Source: Lingula anatina
Taxonomy: Eukaryota > Animalia > Brachiopoda
Length of the DNA: 64,000 nt
NCBI GenBank assembly: GCA_051362555.1
Contig: CM120643.1
Location: 10,292,001 to 10,356,000, forward strand
Direction: 5' to 3'
Positions 56,350 through 64,000 of this stretch are shown piece after piece. Each line of letters begins with the position of its first letter. Within the stretch, counting starts at the first letter, position 1. Under the pieces are notes generated by a model. That model saw only the letters and a list, made by a program, of their open reading frames with translations. It did no database searches and was not told where the DNA came from. The position numbers and the translations under genes were made by a program.

Positions 56350-57100
56350 AGCTAGCTGATCATTTGGGAAGATACCTAATTAGATTTCCTCTTACACAAT
56401 CGGTGTGTTTCTTCTCGTTCTTATGTACATCTATGTAAAACCGGTGTAAAACAAATTGGTCGGTTACCGCCCTGTTTGCTTGGACAATGCATTGGTCCGG
56501 TCCACGGGAGAGGCAAGAACGTTTGGGTGTTCTGAAACGTTTACCTCACTGCGTGGACGTATACGTCTATACCGATTCAAAGATAAGCTATCGGCTACAT
56601 CGCTCTTCGTATTTTAGGAACAAAAATTCAAGAATCTATGTGTATCAATAAAATCAAAACAATGCACTCATGTATGTTATTATATATTGTTTGATTTAAT
56701 CACAACAGTGTAAAAATGCTTTTAGATATTCTTAAAATGTTATGGGCTTGACAGTTTGATAAAGGATATTGCGCTATCATAAGGACTTCTGTGGTTTGGA
56801 TATTCTAGAGGCTAGAGTGAATCATTATGACAACATTCTGATTCTTAAAAAGAAATTTGTATAATAGCATAAACAATTGAACAAATTAAGACAAAAACTA
56901 GAGGATCAGAGAGGCGATACCGCCTCCGAATATTGTACCACCAGCTGGAGCAAGCGCATTCGTATAGACCCCCACATACACAAAATAAGGGACACAGCCA
57001 CCAGTTTTGTGCTTGACAAGCTGTAAAAATGCAATCAACAAGAATTTTTAAACTATTGCAAAAAATATATATGGTACAATCAAATTTAAGTTCTTCGTAA

Positions 57101-58960
57101 GGTAGGTCAAGGGTCAATTTCAAGGTCACAGCAAATTGCCAGTATATGACTTCCTATTCAAGTTCAAGAGTAACTATGGACCTATCTCTGTCAAGTTTGA
57201 AGTTAAAAGAGAAAGAAATTAGCAGAGTTCAGTTCATGATAAAAAGTAGGTCACAGGTCAATTTCAAGGTCACATTTAGATTGCCAGTATATGACTTGCT
57301 ATTCAAGTTCAATAGTAACTACGGACCTATCTCAGCCAGTTTTGGAGATAAAAGGAAAGCAAAATTTGCAAAATTCAGTTTATGGTGTAAAGTAGGTCAA
57401 AGGTCAATTTTAAGGTCACATTTAGATTGCCAGTATATGACTTCCTTTTCAAGTTCAATAGTAACTACGGACCTATCTCAGCCAGTTTTGGAGATAAAAG
57501 GAAAGCAAAATTTGCAAAATTCAGTTTATGGTGTAAAGTAGGTCAAAGGTCAATTTTAAGGTCACATTTAGATTGCCAGTATATGACTTCCTTTTCAAGT
57601 TCAATAGTAACTATGGACCTATCTCTGCCAGTTTTGGAGATAAAAGGAAAGCAAAATTTGCAAAGTTCAGTTCATGGTGAAAAGTAGGTCAAAGGTCAAT
57701 TTCAAGGTCACATTTAGATTGCCAGTATATGACTTCCTATTCAAGTTCAATAGTAACTATGGACCTATCTCAGCCAGTTTTGGAGATAAAAGGGAAGCAA
57801 AATTTGCAAAGTTCAGTTCATGGTGAAAAGTAGGTCAAAGGTCAATTTCAAGGTCACATTTAGATTGCTAGTATATGACTTCCTATTCAAGTTCAATAGT
57901 AACTATGGACATATCTCTGCCAGTTTTGGAGATAAAAGGGAAGCAAAATTTGCAAAGTTCAGTTTATGGTGAAAAGTAGGTCAAAGGTCAATTTTGAGGT
58001 CACATTTAGATTGCCAGTATATGACTTCCTATTCAAGTTCAATAGTAACTACAGACCTATCTCAGCCAGTTTTGGAGATAAAAGGAAAGCAAAATTTGCA
58101 AAATTCAGTTCATGGTGTAAAGTAGGTCAAAGGTCAATTTTGAGGTCACATTTAGATTGCCAGTATATGACTACCTATTCAAGTTCAATAGTAACTACGG
58201 ACCTATCTCAGCCAGTTTTGGAGATAAAAGGAAAGCAAAATTTGCAAAATTCAGTTCATGGTGTAAAGTAGGTCAAAGGTCAATTTTAAGGTCACATTTA
58301 GATTGCCAGTATATGACTTCCTATTCAAGTTCAATAGTAACTATGGTCCTATCTCTGCCAGTTTTGGAGATAAAAGGGAAGCAAGTTTTGCAAAGTTCAG
58401 TTTATGGTGAAAAGTAGGTCAAAGGTCAATTTTAAGGTCACATTTAGATTGCCAGTATATGACTTCCTATTCAAGTTCAATAGTAACTATGGACCTATCT
58501 CTGCCAGTTTTGGAGATAAAAGGGAAGAAAAATTTGCAAAGTTCAGTTCATGGTGAAAAGTAGGTCAAAGGTCACTTTCAAGGTCATAGTAAGATTGCCA
58601 GTATATGACTTCCTATTCAACTTCAATAGTAACTATGGACCTATCTCTGCCAGTTTTGGAGATAAAAGGGAAGAAAAATTTGCAAAGTTCAGTTCATGGT
58701 GAAAAGTAGGTCAAAGGTCACTTTCAAGGTCATAGTAAGATTGCCAGTATATGACTTCCTATTCAACTTCAATAGTAACTATGGACCTATCTCTGCCAGT
58801 TTTGGAGATAAAAGGGAAGAAAAATTTGCAAAGTTCAGTTCATGGTGAAAAGTAGGTCAAAGGTCAATTTCAAGGTCATAGTAAGATTGCCAGTATATGA
58901 CTTCCTATTCAACTTCAATAGTAACTATGGTCCTATCTCTGCCAGTTTTGGAGATATAAG
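57101..58960. repeat. 146-bp satellite array 1, about 12.7 copies
   Basis: TTGCCAGTATATGACT recurs at 57281, 57427, 57573 ... 58887 with a period of 146. Confidence 0.97.
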
Positions 58961-60175
58961 GGACTAAATGTTATAATTTTGGAGTTACCATAATGTGCCT
59001 TAAATTTCGTACAGAAAAAATTAATTAAAATAAAGAAAATGTCATTTTGGTCAAAATTCTTGAAATAGGAGGTGCTCTGAAGTTTCAGAAGTTCAAATTT
59101 GATGAAATAATGTCATTTTTGAACACAAGTTGTCTGCTTTGCCAAGCCTTATGTTTTATTTTTCCAGAGTTCAAAATTTATTATCCATTACCGTACTGCA
59201 CATTTTGCTTTTACCACCAATATGTACTTTTTGATACAGCGTAACTCGAAAACCGTATGGAATACAAAAAAAACGGAGACCACCTCCAGTGTTGGGCTTT
59301 ACATGCTCTACAAAATGCAAAAAAGAATGGGTCTCTAGCATTAACGGTTCCCGAATTAGAGACAGTTTTCAGTTTCGGTATCTTATGGCCGCTACTCCCG
59401 TGAAAATGCACCGATTGACCCCAAATTCATGGAGATGAAAGATGACCTGAAGGGTAACACCTTCCAATAATATTATTGGTTAAGTCTGTGTGGTGTCTGA
59501 ATAACAGGGCAAAAAAAATTTTTTTCGTAAAAAATTTCATTTTTTTGAAAATTTTGGCCCATTTGACCTTGGAGTAAAGGTCAAAGGTCAAATCCAAGGG
59601 TATATTTGAAATCTACACATATGACTTTTGGAAAGCCGTCTATAGAAATTTTTCCCATAACTCCTTCCGTAAGGTAGATAATTAGCATTTAATTTTGCCA
59701 TTTTTAGACAAGGGTGCATTGCAATGAGTGCCACACCCAGACCCCAATACCGACAAAGCCCAAATTTTACGTGGAACGAGTTGAGATTATAGGTGACCTA
59801 AATCCATGAGATGGGTATGGGGGCCCTTACCGTCTAGGAGGAGAAGCGGTAACGGTAGCCGTCCGGCGGAGCCGGCGGAGCCAACGGAGCCGGCGGAACG
59901 ATCCGGACGGGACCGAAACCATGTGTACCGCCAGCGCTAACGCTGGTGGTACAATAAAGAAAAGGTCATTTTGGTCAAAATTCTTGAAATGGGAGGTGCT
60001 CTGAAGTTCGAGATGTTCAAATTTGATGAAATAATGTTATTTTTTTTTTGACCACAAGTTGTCTGCTTCGCCAAGCCTTATGTTTTATTTTTCTGGAGTT
60101 CAAAATTTATTATCCATTACCGTACTGCACATTTTGCTTTCACCACCAATATGTACTTTTTGATACAGCGTAACT

Positions 60176-61210
60176 TTGGAGATAAAAGGGAAGCAAAATT
60201 TGCAAAGTTCAGTTCATGGTGAAAAGTAGGTAAAAGGTCAATTTTAAGGTCACATTTAGATTGCCAGTATATGACTTCCTATTCAAGTTCTATAGTAATT
60301 ATGGACCTATCTCAGCCAGTGCTGGAGAAAAAAGGGAAGCAAAATTTGCAAAGTTCAGTTTATGGTGAAAAGTAGGTCAAAGGTCAATTTCAAGGTCACA
60401 GTAAGATTTCCAGTATATGACTTCCTATTCAACTTCAATGGTAACTATCAACATATCTCTGCCAGTTTTGGAGATAAAAGGGAATCAAAATTTGCAAAGT
60501 TCAGTTCATGGTGAAAAGTAGGTCAAAGGTCAATTTCAAGGTCACAGTAAGATTGCCAGTATATGACTTCCTATTCAAGTTCAATAGTAACCATGGACAT
60601 ATCTCTGCCAGGTTTGGAGATAAAAGAGAAGCAAAATTTACAAAGTTCAGTTCATGGTGAAAAGTAGGTCAAAGGTCAATTTCAAGGTCACAGTAAGATT
60701 GCCAGTATATGACTTCCTATTCAAGTTCAATAGTAACTATGGACCTATCTCTGCCAGTTTTGGAGATAAAAGGGAAGCAAAATTTGCAAAGTTCAGTTCA
60801 TGGTGAATAGTAGGTCAAAGGTCAATTTCAAGGTCACATTTAGATTGCCAGTATATGACTTCCTATTCAAGTTCAATAGTAACTATGGACCTATCTCTGC
60901 CAGTTTTGGAGATAAAAGGGAAGCAAAATTTGCAAAGTTCAGTTCATGGTGAAAAGTAGGTCAAAGGTCAATTTTAAGGACACATTTAGATTGCCAGTAT
61001 ATGACTTCCTATTCAACTTCAATAGTAACTATGGACATATCTCTGCCAGTTTTGTAGATAAAAGGGAAGCAAAATTTGCAAAGTTCAGTTTATGGTGAAA
61101 AGTAGGTCAAAGGTCAATTTCAAGGTCACAGTAAGATTGCCAGTATATGACTTCCTATTCAACTTCAATAGTAACTATGGACCTATCTCTGCCAGTTTTG
61201 GAGATATAAG
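60176..61210. repeat. 146-bp satellite array 2, about 7 copies
   Basis: Same monomer at 60261, 60407 ... 61137. Confidence 0.97.
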
Positions 61211-62775
61211 GGACTAAATGTTATAATTTTGGAGTTACCATAATGTGCCATAAATTTCCTACAGAAAAAAATTAATTAAAATAAAGAAAAGGTAATTTTG
61301 GTCAAAATTCTTGAAATGGGAGGTGCTCTGAAGTTCCAGAAGTTCAAATTTGATGAAATAATGTTATTTTTGACCATGAGTTGTCTGCTTTGCCAAGCCT
61401 TATATATATTTTTTTCTGGAGTTCAAAATTTATTATCCATTACCGTACTGCACATTTTGCTTTCACCACCAATATGTACTTTTTGATACAGCGTAACTCG
61501 AAAACCGTATGGAATACAAAAAAACGGAGACCACCTCCAGTGTTGGGCTTTACATGCTCTACAAAATGCAAAAAAGAATGGGTCTCTAGCTTTAACGGTT
61601 CCCGAATTAGAGACAGTTTTCAGTTTCAGTATCTTATGGCCGCTACTCCCGTGAAAATGCACCGATTGACCCCAAATTCACGGAGATGAAAGATGACCTG
61701 AAGGGTAACAACTTCCAATAATATTTTTGGTTAAGTCTGTGTGGTGTCTGAATAACAGGGCAAATAATTTTTTTTTCGTAAAAAAATTAATTTTTTTGAA
61801 AATTTTGGCCCGTTTGACCTTGAAATAAAGGTCAAAGGTCAAATCCAAGGGCATATTTGAAATCTACACATATGACTTTTGGAAAGCCGTCTGTAGAAAT
61901 TTTTCCCATAATTCCTTCCGTAGGGTAGATAATTAGCATTTAATTTTGCCATTTTTAGACAAGGGTGCATTGCAATGAGTGCCACACCTAGACCCCAATA
62001 CCGACAAAGCCCAAATTTTACGTGGAACGAGTTGAGATTATAGGTGACCTAAATCCAAGAGATGGGTACGGGGGCCCTTACCGTCTAGGAGGAGAAGCGG
62101 TAACGGTAGCCGTCCGGCGGAGCCGGCGGAACGATCCGGACGGGACCGAAACCATGTGTACCGCCAGCGCTAACGCTGGTGGTACAATTACACATAAAAG
62201 CTCCCTTTAACTGTGCAGATGTTTACAAAGAAATGATTTTCAAGAACTAATGAAATAAGTAACAATAATAAATAACAATTTTATCTGACTTCTTTTACAA
62301 TACGACTACTAGCACATGTAATGTAGGCAGAACATAAGCCTCCAACCATAAAATCTACCATTACAATAAAGAAAACTAGATTTATGCTTGCCTGGGGAAT
62401 TTTGCCATATGTTTAGAAAACTCTGGCTAAATATCATAAAAATAAAGTGTTTTGCTACTTTTTTTTTTTTTTTGCATTTTACTAATAAATAAAGACTTAA
62501 AACTAGTCATTTGGCTGAAACGATTTCAACTAAAGTGACTTAAAAAAAACTTGATGACAATAGTCACAAGCTGATGCCTGAACATATTCAAATATACCTG
62601 ATAACTGACATGACTAACACATTAATAAAATATAACTTAACAACAAAAACAACAAATTAATAATAATAACAAATACACTAACATATTATAAAGAAACGTT
62701 GGTAAAACTGGTATGGGTCTCAGTTATTGCTACGATATAGTGAATGTCAAGTACAGAAAAATTCTCCTCTTTCAG

Positions 62776-63671
62776 TCAAGTCCCATTAGAAGTGTTAATA
62801 GTTTCACCAGCATCTTGGCTATGCTGCAACAATGGGTCAAAACATTCCTCTGACTGCTGGGTGTCCATTGGCTGAAAACCGTCTCCAACCCCTCCTGTGG
62901 TGAATTGCTGCACCTGCCCCTGGGTCAGAGAACCACTGGAGTACACCCCCAAGTCCTGGCCCTCCCCCAACACCCCTTGCCCTACTGCTCCATGCGTCTG
63001 ATCCAGAAACTGCTGCAAGAAGATGGGGTTGGAATTGAAGCTTGTGGGAGGGGAACTCACTGATGGAAGCACAGCCAGACTGCTGTATGCACTTAACTGA
63101 GACACTGGAACGGACGTCCGGGGCTGCCCAACCATGTCAGCGTTGGGGTCAGCCAGGAGAGCCCTGGGCAGTTGAACTTGACCCAGACTGAGGACACCTT
63201 CGGACTGATTCTCCAGGAGGAGCCTAAGGACCTGTTCCCCTGTAAATCCTTCTTCCAGTAGAACTTGAGCATTGCGATACTGCTGTGCTATTGTCATCAA
63301 AACATTGTTGTTGGGGTGGGAAGTTCCCCCTTGTTGGCCTGCTGGAGTCAGGCTATTAAAACCTTGCATCAGGGCCTGGTCAGTGGCATGATCTGTGGAA
63401 TGGTCAGTTGTTCCTGAGTGACTAGTTGCCATTGCTGAGAACAGTATGTCCACCTCCCCAGACTGCTGGTAGCCAATGCTCATTCCGTCCTGGCCAAACT
63501 GACCCTCTGCCTGTCGCTGGCTAGACTCGGCCTCTTTAGGATTTAACGTGAATACCACATTTTGCCTGGTTAACTGCGGCACACTCCCTTCAGGCTGGAT
63601 GACATAAGTTATCTGGGGTTGTGGGTCGCCGCCATCTTCTTGTTGAGGCACATTTCCACTGCTGTTATATT
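62776..63671 (-). CDS. Terminal coding exon of an unidentified gene continuing beyond the window; Q/G/S/P-rich low-complexity region
   Basis: About 298 open codons with GC content above the background, acceptor TTTTTTCAG at 63672, TGA at 62776. No recognisable domain. Confidence 0.75.
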
Positions 63672-64000
63672 CTGAAAAAATATAATCATTCCAAAATAAA
63701 ACTGATTCTAAAATTAGGTATCTTCAGATACAGATTTATTATTGATATATATACATTGGTTCAAAATGAAATCTTCTAAATTGCACTGTATATCTTTTAT
63801 GTTTCTATCAATTGTTTTGATGACAGAAAACTGGCACATCAGACGTGTCAAAAAGAAGTTTATAAAACTTCCATGTCTCATACAAAAATATTATTGTAAG
63901 TTATATTTGCATTTGATAACAAAAATATAACAAAGTTAGACAATCTCATAAAGGGAACAATTACAATTCTCAACAAACTAGAATCTCTCTCTCTCTCTCT

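Larger units (their letters stand above)
56897..62188 (-). mobile_element. Helentron/HINE-like non-autonomous rolling-circle element with internal satellite arrays and a duplicated 5' module
   Basis: On the - strand the 5' end is ATTGTACCACCAGCGTTAGCGCTGGCGGTACA (subTIR plus hairpin), present at 62188 and 59955. The 3' end has the subTIR (56932-56945), stem-loop GAGGCGGTATCGCCTC and CTAGT running into a T-run. No TSD. Confidence 0.8.

Noticed and set aside
57101-61210. 146-bp array as a CRISPR array or as protein-coding repeats (ORFs 57146-58417)
   Set aside because: The whole monomer repeats with no unique spacers, there are no cas genes, and the context is eukaryotic. The ORFs are by-products of the repeat.

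Overview
AT-rich, intron-containing animal genomic DNA; the repeat types suggest a lophotrochozoan such as a mollusc (inference). I reconstructed the genes by hand from GT-AG splice sites. They are a TOX/TOX4-like HMG-box gene (- strand, 9 coding exons, 1031-8050) head-to-head with a BCL11/ZNF296-like zinc-finger gene (+, 22997-25930), PIG-M (-, 27748-31139) head-to-head with a UBE2Q-family E2 (+, 32205-47916), and the last exon of an unidentified Q/G/S-rich protein (-, 62776-63671). A two-exon gene missing from the ORF track (+, 52174-52825) encodes a 70-aa secreted, cationic peptide with four CX3C motifs; it is the top novelty candidate. The window also holds many mobile elements with recoverable termini. 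These include a Helentron/HINE-like concatemer carrying about 20 copies of a 146-bp satellite with AGGTCA-A-AGGTCA (DR1) sites, a fold-back LTR element with a polypurine tract, a 3.3-kb TIR element with spliced remnants and YY1-motif repeats, 5-bp-TSD hAT-like MITEs, Harbinger- and CACTA-like MITEs, and a 5'-truncated LINE. All gene models come from sequence reading only, with no database or expression check.
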